A stretch of 63,958 nucleotides of DNA, filler included, from Kipferlia bialata (Eukaryota): the NCBI GenBank assembly GCA_003568945.1. It is 5 parts of 5 records of this genome, joined end to end, with 100 filler letters (N's around TTAATTAATTAA, not from the genome) between each part and the next. Parts side by side here need not be neighbours in the genome. Positions count along the whole stretch, not along the records: positions 13,830 to 27,546 come from BDIP01000910.1; positions 27,647 to 41,358 come from BDIP01000911.1; 3 more parts are not named here. One strand, 5' to 3'. Position numbers and translations under genes: made by a program. The notes under the pieces were generated by a model. That model saw only the letters and a program-made list of their open reading frames with translations. It made no database searches and was not told the origin of the DNA. Position 1 is the first letter of the stretch. Each line of letters opens with the position of its first letter. Positions 14,902 to 28,388 of the stretch are shown here, piece by piece.

Positions 14902-16805
14902 ATACTCACCCACATCCAATCTGTCGAATATGTCAGTCAGGATGCGGGGGATAAGTCCGACCTCTGGGCTGAAGGCAACCTTCGAGATGGTCTCACTGGG
15001 GTGAGGTATATGCATGTGTATATATATAATGTGTCAGTATCAGTGTATATTGGAGATGGTCTCACTGGGGTGAGGTTTATAGGTATACGTACATCAAATT
15101 ACCCCCACATACAGATACCCATACATATAGACCCACCTGAGTGTGCTTGTGGATGGAGACCCCATGGTGTATGTCTTGCCAGAACCTGGGATGAGGGGTT
15201 ACATATATATTCATTCATCTACATATACGTACAATGTATATACACATCTAGCCATGGTGTATGTCTTGCCAGAACCTGGGGGGAGGGTATAGGTATACAC
15301 ACAAAAATGTATCTACAATGAAAATCATGTAAAAGACGTAGTACGTACCAAATGTAGAGGAGTCAGAGGTCTAGACACATATACTACCGATAGAACAGAT
15401 ACCGAGGAACTGTCTCTATACATGACACACTTGACATACATTGTATGATACAACCACTGCCACTCAGACGCATGTATATAGGTATACCTGTCTGGCCGTA
15501 TGCCAGGATGGTTGCATTGTACCCATCGAAGAATGAGTCCAGCAGGGGTTTGGCCACCTTGGCATATACCTCCTCCTGGGGGTGAGGGGGTATACTACAC
15601 ATATATATATATATGTATATATATAGGGGTGGGGAGAGAGAGAGGCAATTCACAGTAATGATGAGAAACACGGAAATACATCCCCTTGGGTGAGGTAAGC
15701 GGCTATTCACTACACTGATACTGGGTGAGGGATATAGTATACCCACATCATACATAATACCTGTGGTGTCTGGTCGTTGAGTAAGTACCCATATCATGTA
15801 GTACATATACCCCCATCATATATATATATGAGTCATATATATATATACAAGTCATATATACACTGTGTGGTACCTGTGGTGTCTGGTCGTTGAGTACATG
15901 GTCGAACCCAAACACTCTGTCATCATTGACCACAAGTCTGGAGTAAGGAATGGAGAGAGAGAGAGTACCTAGAGACAGACGGACTCCAGAGTGTGCTACA
16001 CACAGCCCTGTCACATATGTATCACCGCATACCAATATCAGTGTGTACCCATACCTCTCTCTGCCCTGTGATCTGTCGGCCTTCATGCAGAACTCACCAT
16101 CCTGAGGGTAAGGGTAAAGGGGTAAGGGGTGAGGGGTGAGGGGTGAACACTTGCATACATATATTCTTATGAGGGAAAGGCAGAACTCCCTGCAGGGACA
16201 GTAATACTGTCACAGTATCAGAAAGGTCAGGAATGTAGGCGATGTAGTACACATACAACGATATATATGAATCAACCCATAACACAAAGAGAATAGTTCA
16301 TATTCACCCTTGGGGGGAAGAGCGCCGACAGCTACCCAAATGCACCAAACGCTAGAGAGATATAGAATAATATACATACTATGCAATGAGAGAGACAGAC
16401 AATGGGGTGGGACATATTCATACACATATACATTGACAGACCTGCAGGGAGAGGGAAGAGTACCACACTATGCATATATATACATTCACTGTCACTACCC
16501 ACCATCGACACCATCAGCTAAACACTCTACTATACACAACCCTGGCAGACAGAGAGAGAGAGAGAGAGTACCTGGTCCACCGGCAGCCTGGGCCGTATCC
16601 TCACTGCCACAGACACATGTCCATCTGCGTCTCTGTCCTTCTCCGCCTCACTCACGGGGGTCGGGGGGCGCATGGTACGGCGTGCCGACGATGGCCTGGG
16701 AGGTCTGTTGGTGGGGGTGGGCGCCATAGACAGAGCCCTCGGTCTGCCAGCAGGGCGGTCACTGCTCCCCTGCCGACTCAGACGGTCGGATGCCTCGGGA
16801 GCCAT
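13955..16805 (-). CDS. Kinesin motor protein (kinesin-4/KIF4-KIF21-KIF27-like), 3'-truncated at contig end
   Basis: Exons encode VSVAVRIRP, FGFDHV, EEVY...LLDSFFDGYNATILAYGQT/GSGKTYTMG (P-loop), GLIPR, YLEIYNE..DLL and switch I NKESSRSHAIFT. ATG at 16805. Confidence 0.95.
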
Positions 16806-17099
16806 CTCTGACTCGGTCGCTCAGCCAGCACGTGCAGCTGCAGAGCACTCTAGAGCACTTCCTGCCCTGGTACTAGGCCAAGTGTATATACTATGCGTCA
16901 GGTTACTTCGGCGCTACAGAGAGGTCAGTTTGGCGCTGGGAAAAGGGTCCGGGAAAGTTTTTGTAAACAGAGGACTGTTTTTGGACCCCGTCACGGTCCC
17001 CGTGACGATGAGCTCGTCGTGGCTTATCTCTATAAGTCACCTTGCCCATACAGCCTGTACAGCACAGATAGATACAGAGAGTGGCCGTAACCCTTGTTT

Positions 17100-19763
17100 A
17101 TGGGTTTTGATGGGGACACTGGCTTTGGGCCCATTGAACGGAACCTGGATGAGGTGGATGTGATACTAGGAGAGCTGCCCAAGGTACACTTTGTACCTCT
17201 ACTCTGGTACAATATATATATACGACTGCCGTGTGCATTGCTTACCCCTTCCATTGTCATACGCACCATTTATCAGGCTACTTCAATGATGTATATTCAG
17301 AACCACGATGTATTGAGCTCTTCATACCCCCCCTCCCCACCTTCTTGGTTCTATGCCCATCACCCCTCTCCCTCCCCCTCTCCCCCTCCCTCTCCCTCTA
17401 GGTGTCTGTCCAGGACAACCAGGCATTCAGTGAGGGGGTCGCCAGGGTATTTATAGTTATGAGTCCATCATAGTAAAGTACCAGATAGTGTATTGTATAT
17501 AGTGAGGGTGTCTCCAGAGCGTGTCTCACAGACTCTCCCACATATGTATACCTAGTTATGGTTATAAGTGTGCCATCACAGTACAAATAGTGGATATATA
17601 GTAGTGGATATATAATAGTGGATATATAATAGTTGCTGCCACTCCCACGTATTCATCCCTTCTCATCACATTGTATCACATATACCCTTCATGCATTCCA
17701 TCTCATTCCTCTCATTGCCCTGTAGCTATTGCTCTTATGCCACAGGTGCGTGAGTTGCTGAACAGCGCCCAGTACAGACTCAGGCACGTACAGTCCACCC
17801 TGACCTCCATAGAGAGGGAGAACAGAGACCGAGAGAGAGAGAGAGGCAAGGCAGGAGAGGATGAGGGTGAGGCACAGGGGGACAGCATAGGGGAGAAGGA
17901 CATGGGCACCCTGGTGGACATGCTAGAGACACTCAGGAGGAGGTGGGGGCCTATACATGATGCGCATATCTCTCTTATAACCAGGGACATTATATATATT
18001 TATTATATCCTCAGGAGGAGGTGGGGGCCACTTGGTAGTGTCTCTGTTGTGATATATATATATATATACATTATATATATATATTATATCCTCAGGAGGA
18101 GGTGGGGGCCACTTGATGCAGCATTGTTCATTCTTGTATATACATGATGCGTATATGTCTCTCTTATAACCAGGGCCCAGACCGCCGGGGACTATACATC
18201 TATATACTCCTTCATACATGCAGTTACCTCCCTCTCTGATACTGATACTGATACCTCCCTCTCTGATATCTGATACTGATACTGATACCNNNNNNNNNNN
18301 NNNTGATACCTCCCTCTCTGATATCTGATACTGATACTGATACCTCCCTCTCTGATATTGTCAGGGCCCAAACTGCCAAGGACACTGTCAACCAGTTGAT
18401 AGCCATCAGGCTGCAGAAGACAGACGCCCTCAAGGCACACAGAGACAGGTACACAGATGCAGATGGATGACTTATTCACATATACATATATATATATATA
18501 TATATATCATGTTGCCTCCAGGCACACATAGACAGGTATAGTGTATTCATATACATAACACTTGGTGCTGACCCCCCACCCCAGCCCATCCACCCCGTGT
18601 GCCGTGGAGGATGAGGTGCTGGCGTCCCTCAGACGGGTGCAGAGGTACTAGTCTGTGGCTGAGTATATGTGGGTGTGTATTAGTAGATGTGTATATATAT
18701 ATATATATATATTTATATATGCTGGCTGGAAGTGTTGCTGAGATGCGTGACTGTCGAGATACAATGCGTGAGAATGTATGATTCCATGTATACACTGACC
18801 ATTCTGACCCTCATGACACATGGATCTATGAGTATTATATATGTTTATACACTATACATATCTACTGACCCTCAGGATACTGGAAGAGGAGGTGGAGAGG
18901 TCAGCAGACACCCTGAGCACTCTGTCGCAGCAGACAGGTAGTATACACACACACACATATATATATATATATAATATTACATGTGAATCAGACAGGGGGA
19001 GTGCATACATGTATGTATCCTTACACTTATACATCCACTCTGTACCAGTAGTCTGTCACAGCATACAGGTGGAGTATGTGTGGGTATATATATGTGTACA
19101 CTTTCTCATATCCATTCACTCTGTGTCAGAGAGTGTCACTCTCTTTCTCCCTTTCTCTCTCTCTCTCTCTCTCTCTCTCCCCTACCCCTCCCCCTAGCTG
19201 GTCTGGCTGCCAGTTCCGGTGTACACACCCAGATATCAGACACCGAGAAGGAGAGCGAGGTGAGCAGTGTATACAGCTTCTGGAGTGTGTGGATTAGTGG
19301 TGTATTGTCTACGATGACATGAGGACATAACATTTGTTAAGATATTAATCTGTTAATGATCGTCACTGTGATGTTAGTGACTTTACCACCTTGATCAGCA
19401 GACACTGGACTAATCACAGGGTCTGATCCGTGGTATCAGGCGGATTGAGCTACGGGACCGAGTTGTTGTGGTGGGACTCTTTCTGTTGTTCCTGCTCTGT
19501 GCCCTCTACATAGGTATATGAGTATGTGTGTGTACATTCACACTCACTTAGTTAGGGTACTGTATTACCTGATGTCACCCGATGTCATGCTTAGCGTAAC
19601 CTGTGTAATTTGTCTCTAATCCAGTAGATTACGCCCGATTGTCTCTATCTCGCTTTGTCTCTATATCTCTGTGTCTCTGCATCTTTGTATCTCTATATCA
19701 GCGATCAACTGTCTAACACCAGTCAAGAAGAGACTCAGCAGGATCGGGGTCTGGCCGACCTAG
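17100..19763 (+). CDS. SEC20: Sec20/BNIP1-like Qb-SNARE
   Basis: Exons give VLASLRRVQR-ILEEEVERSADTLSTLSQQT...LIRGIRRIELRDRVVVVGLFLLFLLCALYI-VKKRLSRIGVWPT*. This matches the Sec20 pattern SLRR...EVERS...D-R-TM-KR. Divergent from the kinesin. Confidence 0.75.
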
Positions 19764-21099
19764 ACGCCCAGGCACCTAAGCTACCTGGACACTAGTGGGT
19801 TGGAACCCTACTTCTGACGGGACTCCAAGAGGAGAAGAGAACTCCCAAGAGACTGGCTGCCGCATGCGGTGCACTGTGTCGACACTATCATTAGCTAGGA
19901 CATGTTCGAGTGTACCCCACCAATACTATTCTTTGGGATGGGTTTTGAATGGTCGCATTTAGCCTGTCGAGGTGGGGTATCATATCTATTGGCCTCTATA
20001 GTTTACTCATTGTCACATATTGTCTGAGGGTGAGTGACGTTCAATATAGGAATAGAGAATGTGTCATATGAAGCCTCATAAATGAATCATGGCGAAAGTT
20101 GTCTTAGACTCTAAGTCTTAGAGAGTACTCCCAGGGTAATGATGTATCAGTGTCACATCATGAGTAAATTTTCGTTGGATTGTGAAACTGATCTCCCTGA
20201 TATTTGGATATGAATACTGCTTCTCCGCTCTGAGTCACTCTGTGACAGAGACTGAAGGTATGAAGGTGAGCCACCTGGTGACGCAAGCTAATGGTGCATG
20301 GCTTATACTCTAAGCTACAGGTATGCGTATGCAGGAGAGGAGGGGGGTTGGAGGGGTGGGGGGGGGGGGCGCTGCTCTCTCTGATATACTCCAAGAACCC
20401 TTGGTCGATTACTAAAACAGTACACTTGTGTCAGAGAAGACATGAAAATCCGCACCTCTATTCAAGATTCAATTGGTGTGAACTCTAGTATGTACCATGG
20501 TACTCCACTCTCTCGTAGATCACCAAGTGCTATTGAATCCACATCATGACCCATGCAGATAGAATTGCAACAGGTTTCGACTGCATCAGAGAAGGCGTGG
20601 TGTAGTCAATTGAGAAATGTACCGACCTGACTCTCTCACTAGGGACCCTAGTCTAGGTGCCATTCACAAACCCAAGCTCACCTACACCAGCCAAGATGGA
20701 CTCCAGGTTCAGCAGCGCTGCAAAGGAGCCGTTCTGGTCCATAGAAACCCAACTATCAACCAACACAAGAGGATTGATGTGGGTCCGGTTTGAAGGAGTT
20801 CGGTACCACCTTGACTCTGAACACAAATGCTCATTCCGGCCATGTCGTCACTTTAGCCTGCAGCTCGCCACACCATCTGCCTCTCTCTCAGCTGTCTCTC
20901 TCTCTGTCTCCCCCCCTCCCACTCGCCACTCCATCTGCCTCTCTTTCTCTCTCTCCTCCACCGCTTTCAGAAGCCGGTCCCTCCTCCCCTTCCACCAAGC
21001 TGCCGCCTCCACGAGCCTGAAGGTGAGAGTCTTGAATCGTAATAATCACAATCGGCAGTGGTCTACTGCCGCACGATCCCACAGGTGAAATATCGTACC

Positions 21100-23650
21100 T
21101 GCTGACTCTTGTTTCCTTGATCTTGGCTGCTTGGTCCCTGTGTGCTACAGCCAGAGCGGTGTTGCCCTTCAGAGCACACTCGAGAGCATACTCTGGAAGA
21201 TCAGTTGCCGTATCGTTCCAATAAAGAAGAGAGAGAAAGACATAGAGAGAGAGTACCTAGATGCTCATTCTCCATCTCATACCACTTCTTGTCAAGAAAT
21301 AGTGTCTCCACAGCGTCCACAGTCTCACTGTGAAGACAGTCAGTCACAACAATCCTGGGGTCAGAGGATAGGGTGCTGCAACTGCTCCACTATACACTAC
21401 ACACGAGTAGTTGTCAACTCGTGTGCAGAGTCAATATGTGTATGTAAAGAAGTCCACATACGTACTTATTGGTACAGGTGACACCATGCATTCAGCGTGA
21501 ATGGGTCAATATGGAAGATTGCACAGGCTACACCATACAAGGGAAGAACGCAGTTGAAACCAGCAGTAATGATGGCAAATGATATGGTAGGGGAGTACGA
21601 GTAACAACATGCACCCTGCGTGTATACGAGTGGACGGCAGAAAAGCACGCCTAACCTTTTGTCCAGGGCCACAGCTTCCCTGTATAGCTTCATGTCACCC
21701 CCCATGGCCGGGTCGAGGAAGGGATCCGGAGCATCTCTGCCAAAATACCTGGGGGGAGTGAGTCATGCTCTGTTATTTGTTCGGCCCTCTGTGATGCAAC
21801 AGTATAGAAGTAAGAGTACAATACTATGACAGTGTAACAGTATGTATTGACCACGTACTCTTGCCACTTCTCATCGCACTCGTCCATGTCCCTCCACACC
21901 TGGTCCAAAGTGCTCAGAAGGGTATCTGACATCTGTTTATGAGGAGGAAGCTCTTCTGACATCGTACAAGGCCAAGAGAGTAGATTTGGAGTAAGTGGCC
22001 AATCTTGGCCAGTGTCTTTGAATAAGGGTGCAGGGACAACCGTTGCTCTAACGGGGAGTCTATGGTAGAAATCCAACTCTCATGTAAACACCATCTTTAT
22101 GTCTCTACTCACTACTTGGTCACATGGTTCGGCATGAAATGGCCTGAAACCAGATAACTCTTTTCATAACCCATGTCGACGAGTCCAGGAGACTCTATAC
22201 GGCAACAGTCGCAAGAGAGGGAGAGAACATCACTGTCAAGGTACTACCATTAGTGAATACTATCTTATCGAAATCTACAAACAATGATTCCAAGACCAGA
22301 GACGTTGTTCAGTTTACCCACACCTGTGAAGATGGTGAATACCTGAAGGTGATAGTCGAGGTGCTCTCGAGCAGCCATTAGAGAATGGGGATTGCGTAAG
22401 TCAACAGAGAGACAGGGAGAACGGTGGTAATACTGACTGTTGATTTCCAGTAGAGACAACAAACACCCAACAACAATCCAGAGACTGGATTCCAGTCCCC
22501 TGGTGCACTATCTATTAATGTGGTACACTCTCCGAGTGAATCAGCATGGGGCACTCTGGGTCCGAGTCTGAATGTCAGAGAGTGACTCAAGCGAGGTGTG
22601 GATGGAAAGGCAAAGGGGAGGAGGTAGGGGAGGCAGATTCCCAGTAGGGGAAGGGAGCGGAGGGGGGGGGCTAAAGTGTTGCTCTCTCCCAGATACTACG
22701 CTCGAAACGCAGGCCACGTACACACTTGTAGAGAGGACATGACTATACATACCTGCGTTCCATTATCAATTTGTGTGTACTCTAGTGTGTGCCATGGTAC
22801 TCCACTCTCTGGCGATCTGGGTGCGGCTCTCTGGGTCACAGGATACAAAGATAGACGTTGGGTTATCTCTGCTGAGAGCCTCTCGAATCAGGGGGCTAAT
22901 AGGGGCAAGCAGGAACCTCCAGATGTCGTCCCCCTCCCTGAGAGTCCGGGGTTCCCTGACGGTGCGCATCTCTCTCCTTAATAAGCCCTGACGGACTACA
23001 AATTCCCTCCACAACTCCTGCATGTGGGTCATTGAGAGAGGTACACCTTAGAGTATTAGTGTTAGCACTACTGTGAGTCACAGTCTAACTCTGATGGGTA
23101 AGCCATGCTAGAGAGAAGAAGACAACACTACAAGTCTCTCGTAGATGGAGGCACTGCATGAGCCGGACCTGCTAACGGAGTCACATACAGACCCATACAT
23201 ATCGAGACTCACCTGTGTAGTAAAACCCATCTCCGTTGCACAGTCCATCAAGACTTGACGTTGCTCACTGGGTGAGGGGTGTGTAGAGGGGGGAAGATAG
23301 GAGGGTAACATACTAACTAATCAAGAGTATACATACGTACCGAGTGGGAAACGCACGTAGCAGCTTGATACCCGTATCGTTGTGACGGCCGACTACTTCC
23401 TTTACAAACTCAGACATGGTACCCATGGGATTAGGCCCACTGGTGAATACATCGATGCTAGGATGAGGGAGAAGACTACACCTGTACGTGGATTCTAACA
23501 ATGAAACACGACCCATGAGGTAATGAGCAGTGCTCATTGAGCACTTAGAAACCAACGAACTACACTTACCCAGTTGCCAGGTAGAAGTTAACGAAGTCAA
23601 CAACGTCTTGGAAGGTAAACGACATCTTGACATCATCAAACTCGGACATA
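21100..23650 (-). CDS. Probable hypothetical protein gene (exon structure unresolved)
   Basis: Non-microsatellite ORF segments (21466-21705, 21690-22076, 22766-23032, 23108-23311, 23313-23669) bounded by splice-like signals. No motif recognised. Confidence 0.35.
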
Positions 23651-24519
23651 TCAGAGTCTTCATCCTCACTCATTGCAGCTGGTAGAACAGACTGAGGCCA
23701 GTCAGGGAGACTTCTCCGATTTCTCCGATTTCTCCGTTCGTTTTTGACAAGGGTCCAGTATTTTTGAAGGTTCTGCCAACTCTATTAACTACCTGTGAGG
23801 GAGCAGAAGACGTATCATACGACGTATCATCCATTCGTCAGTATTAACGACAACTTTTTCGTCGGCGAAGGGTGGAGCGCTTTGCCGAAGACAGGGTTCA
23901 CTCCAATGATATCGTCTCTCACACAGCCTTCACTTGAAGGTCACAATCTCATACAGGGCCAATCTGTCAGTTCCTAACTTTGTTAATTTGTAAGTAGTAA
24001 GACTGTTGTTAGTATAGTACTAATATAGACATCACAGGAGGGTTGAGTGTTACTGTAGTACTGATTATTGACAAACACTGAACTCAAAACTTAAATTTGT
24101 ATGTGGGTATGTATTGGTTGTCAATCCGATACGGTATCCATTATTGTCTACTATGAATAATAGAAGCACACTCATTGCAGAGTGTTGTCTAGGTATGAAT
24201 CTTCGGTATAGATCGAGTGAATCATTTATAACGCACTCCTACAGAGATAGATCACTAAGTGCTATTGAATCCACATCATAACCCAAGCAGAATGAATTGC
24301 AACAGGATTCGACTGCATCAGAGAAGACGTGGGTGAAAACACAGCCTCTCTGACTATCTCTCATAGAAGCACCCCTCTAGGACCACTCTGTTTATGGCCA
24401 CAAGGGGACAGTGGCGTGCTGTGGATAAATTGAGCATTCGGGGCAGAGTTAGAGAAGAGGAATGGCAATATACATGAGTGCATTAATGTTATATAGTATG
24501 TTATATATTATGTATACCT

Positions 24520-26990
24520 AGCACCAGGGCTACTGGTCGGGCCCACTGTCCATCGGGATAGATGGCTCGTCTGGGGTGAGGAATTACCAGCCTGGGGAAA
24601 TATAGCAGCAGACATATACATGTACATCAATCATGGGCAACAGAGTGATAATAGCAGTACCAGCATTCACCATCGATACCTACTGCCATACACACACACA
24701 CACATATATAAATATATAAGTATAGACTCCCACCTGCTGACGTGTGACCCAAACTCGGCGATGACATCCTCTCCGCACCTGGGGTGAGGGGCTACGATAT
24801 AACACGTATGTTTCGGCCTCATAGCTCCATGCATCCATACCGAGATATGATAGTATATATAACTCTCAGTATGGCCCCTACACGCTCCCCCCCCCCCCTT
24901 ACCTCTGGCAGAGTGTATCGAGGTAGTTGGCACCCCGGACAGGGTCTCTGCCCACCATCTCTGCACGTCAGGGGGTATGCATGGAGGAAGTGAAGGTACT
25001 GTACTGCTATGGACACTCACATGTCTAGAAGGGTCTACGTCTCTATGGCTACATATACATAAATATCTAGATATATACATATATATAGGCACATACACCT
25101 ACCCGCCCCCCTGGCTAGAAGGGTCCATGTCTCTATGCATACTATACATATATAAACATAGATATATACATATATATACATACACCTACCTGCCCCCCTG
25201 GCTAGAAGGGTACATGTCTCTATGCATACTATACATATATACATAGATACATACATATATATACATACACCCACCTGCCCCCCTGGCTAGAAGGGTCATC
25301 CGAAGTCTCTTGGAGGGACCGAGAGAGGGGAACCGGGTGCGGCACCTGGGATCAGCCAGAGTTAGAGAATTCAGACTGAAATATGCGACACGTGTATGAA
25401 CACTATGAGCGGGCAACACTAGTCCTGTATGCACAATACATAACGATCACACAAGTACTACTGACATGCCAGTCTCACCTGTCTGCGGCATATGCTGTGA
25501 TGACTGTGACTGCCTTGAGCCGGCCCTCACTCCCAGGGGCCAGCAGGTCTACCCCAGAGGCCGTGAGGGATGTGATGGCCTGGGTAAGAGGAGAAGTGGA
25601 TATGCATGCATATATACACCTGATATTGACACTGATATATATTAATGTCGGTAAGTATATGTAAGTATATACGTACACGCAACCCTACCTGCTCTATGGC
25701 TGCCAGTCCTGTCTCGTACATATATCTATCCATCCAATACACACACATATGTACATATACCTATACATGTAGACATACAAAAAAAAAGAAATAATACTCC
25801 CACCTGCTCTATGGCTGCCACGCCTGCCTCTTGTATATACATATATACCTACCTAATATGCATACATGCATACATATATATACATACCTGCTCTATGGCT
25901 GCCACTCCTGCCTCGTGTTCAGTCAGGGCATCTAGCGTCAGCCTACACAGTGAGGGGGGTGTCAGTCGTTGAGAGGCTATAAGAGCCAGCAGAGAGGGAG
26001 ATAGAGAGTAGCAACACCACTCGACACCCTACCTTGCAAGACGGAGGGCGTTCTCTAGGTACACCCTGGCAACGCCAGACCTGAGGGTCAGATAGATAAT
26101 GGTACACAGCCTTGGATGCACAGACACACAATGGACCAGAACGTCAGAACACTCTGAAACATGTTTAGTATGGTAGACATCCTGTCCATAGTGGGTAGTA
26201 GTAGTAGTAACAGTAGGAGTAGTACCTCATGACCAGCTCTGTGGCCGATCCAAACACAGCTGCCAGCATGGCTGAGGGGGCAGTGGCCATGAGGGGCTGG
26301 CCTGGGGGGAGGGGGGCAGAGGAGAAGGGGTGAGAGAAGAAGGCGAGAGGCCTGAGACAAGACAAGGCCCCACCTATAGACGGCTGGATGACACTGAGGA
26401 ACACCACAGCGTTGATGAGGAGACCAGAAGGGGAGGGGGAGGTGCGAAGGTAGGACACAATTGCACGGACCTGGGTAAGACAGCAGAGGGACGTTGACCA
26501 ATACCATGGTCATTAACATGTTGAGGAGATACGAGTAATGAGTGTGTATGTGTTGTGGAGTTGTGGAGGGAATGAATCGTACCAGTCTGTCTGGAGGAAT
26601 AGGGAGGGGGGTCTGGGCCAGAATGGCAGGGCATATGAGTTCAGACAGAGCACTGTTCAAGGCCAACTCGTCTGATGCATCTGAAGGGAGAGAGTGCAGA
26701 GGTATCAGTATCGGTACCGGTATCGACCCAGTACAATCATCATATCGACACTGATCATCATTATCCACTGACAATACGATGGTAACGTATGGTATACGGG
26801 TCAATTGACAATAATACCGGAACTGCGAACTGACTCTCTAACTTGGGTGCATTCACAAGCTCACCTACATCAGCCAAGATGGACTCCAGGTTCAGCAGCG
26901 CTGCAAAGTAGCCGTTCTGGTCCATAGTAACCCAACTATCAACCAACACAAGAAGATTGATGTGGGGCCGGTATAGAAGAGTGCTGTAAC
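24520..26990 (-). CDS. Multi-exon hypothetical protein
   Basis: Exons such as LVDSWVTMDQNGYFAALLNLESILADV, SDELALNSALSELICPAILAQ, YLRTSPSPSGLLINAVVFLSV..., AITSLTASGVDLLAPGSEGRLKAVTVITAYAADR, each with canonical splice sites. Confidence 0.55.
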
Positions 26991-27131
26991 ATCTTGACTA
27001 TGAAGTGAAAAGTGAAGCACTTTGCGGCACTACAATTCTATTTTTAGCAGGTATACTCAACAGATTCATACCGGGCATTCTATTTTTACGTCTTGTCGTT
27101 CTGTGAGCTGACCTACTTTGCTGCGTCTGGA

Positions 27132-27320
27132 ATGGTAAGCGAGTCAGATGTGCTCGGCTTGTGTCAGAAAGCCGTGTATCTTGGCAATGTGACCGAGCTG
27201 AAGAAGTTGTTGAAGCTGAGGAGCTCTTCATCCCTCAAGATCGTTCGCCTAGTCATTAACGGTGCTGCTGCTGCCTTCTCTGTGTACATTCAGAGTGAGC
27301 AGCTCAATGAGCATGAAGAG
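27132..27320 (+). CDS. Probable first exon of a gene cut by the contig end
   Basis: ATG-initiated MVSESDVLGLCQKAVYLGNVTELKKLL...EHEE followed by a GTATGT donor. Confidence 0.4.
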
Positions 27321-27495
27321 GTATGTAGTGGGCATAGTATTGTGGGGAGTGAGTGTTTGTGGCACACTAGGTCGTGAGATAACTGTGAAAGATATGGGAG
27401 GTAGTTCTGTTGATGTGTCTTTCTCTTACTCTTCCCATGCCCAAAGACTGTGATACCCCAGGGACACAGCTTGTGCTACTTTTCTTCCGTTGGAC

Positions 27496-27546
<51 letters not shown>

Positions 27547-27646
27547 NNNNNNNNNNNNNNNNNNNNNNNNNNNNNNNNNNNNNNNNNNNNTTAATTAATT
27601 AANNNNNNNNNNNNNNNNNNNNNNNNNNNNNNNNNNNNNNNNNNNN
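27547..27646. other. Artificial contig linker
   Basis: N44-TTAATTAATTAA-N44. Confidence 0.98.
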
Positions 27647-27734
27647 AGGGGATGGGCACTTGCACAACCCCCCCCCCCCCCCCCATTGATAGAGTATATA
27701 TGGGATATATATTTATGTATCCCTCTCACCCTAG

Positions 27735-28352
27735 CACTGTCATGTCCCTCCCCCCCATCATCAATGGAGAGCACTCCAAGATGACACTCGAGACCAAGAA
27801 CATCTTCATCGAGTGCACAGCCACAGACCACACAAAGGTGTATACATATATATTATAGTATATATTCCTGGAATTTCCTATATAGTGACAACAATACTCA
27901 CCCCCAGGCCTGCGTTGTCCTGGACACAATCCTGGCCATGTTCGGAAGGTATGTGTATATATAGTAACAGTGCATGTAGTGTGGTTGTGCGGAGTATTCA
28001 CAAGTCTCCAATCTCTCTCTCTCTCCATCTTGCTCTCTCTCTTTACATATATGCTTCCTCTCCCCCCAGGTACTGCTCCACCCCCTTCCAGGTCCAGCCA
28101 GTCACAGTCAAGTACTCCCAGGTATATAGTATACATTGTAATTTATACATATATATATTCATACCTGCATATATGTGTGTATATATGTATGTGTGTGTAT
28201 GTATGTATGTATGTCCAGCCAGTCACAGTCAAGTACTCCCAGGTATAGTTACATATAGTTACAAGGCGCATATAATATGAATTACTATATACATATATAT
28301 ATATGTGTGTGTGTGTGTATTACTCTTAGCCCTTGTGGCCAAGATGATGAAC

Positions 28353-28388
<36 letters not shown>

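Noticed and set aside
18225..18356. TACCTCCCTCTCTGATA(TCTGATACTGATACTGA) minisatellite as a separate element
   Set aside because: It is a short intronic tandem repeat spanning an N gap in the Sec20 gene, with no independent features.
27497..27546. Poly-C/poly-G tracts as telomeres or functional G-quadruplexes
   Set aside because: They coincide with contig ends and gaps (also ~13845, ~46210, ~55113), consistent with sequencing dropout at homopolymers; their lengths are unreliable.
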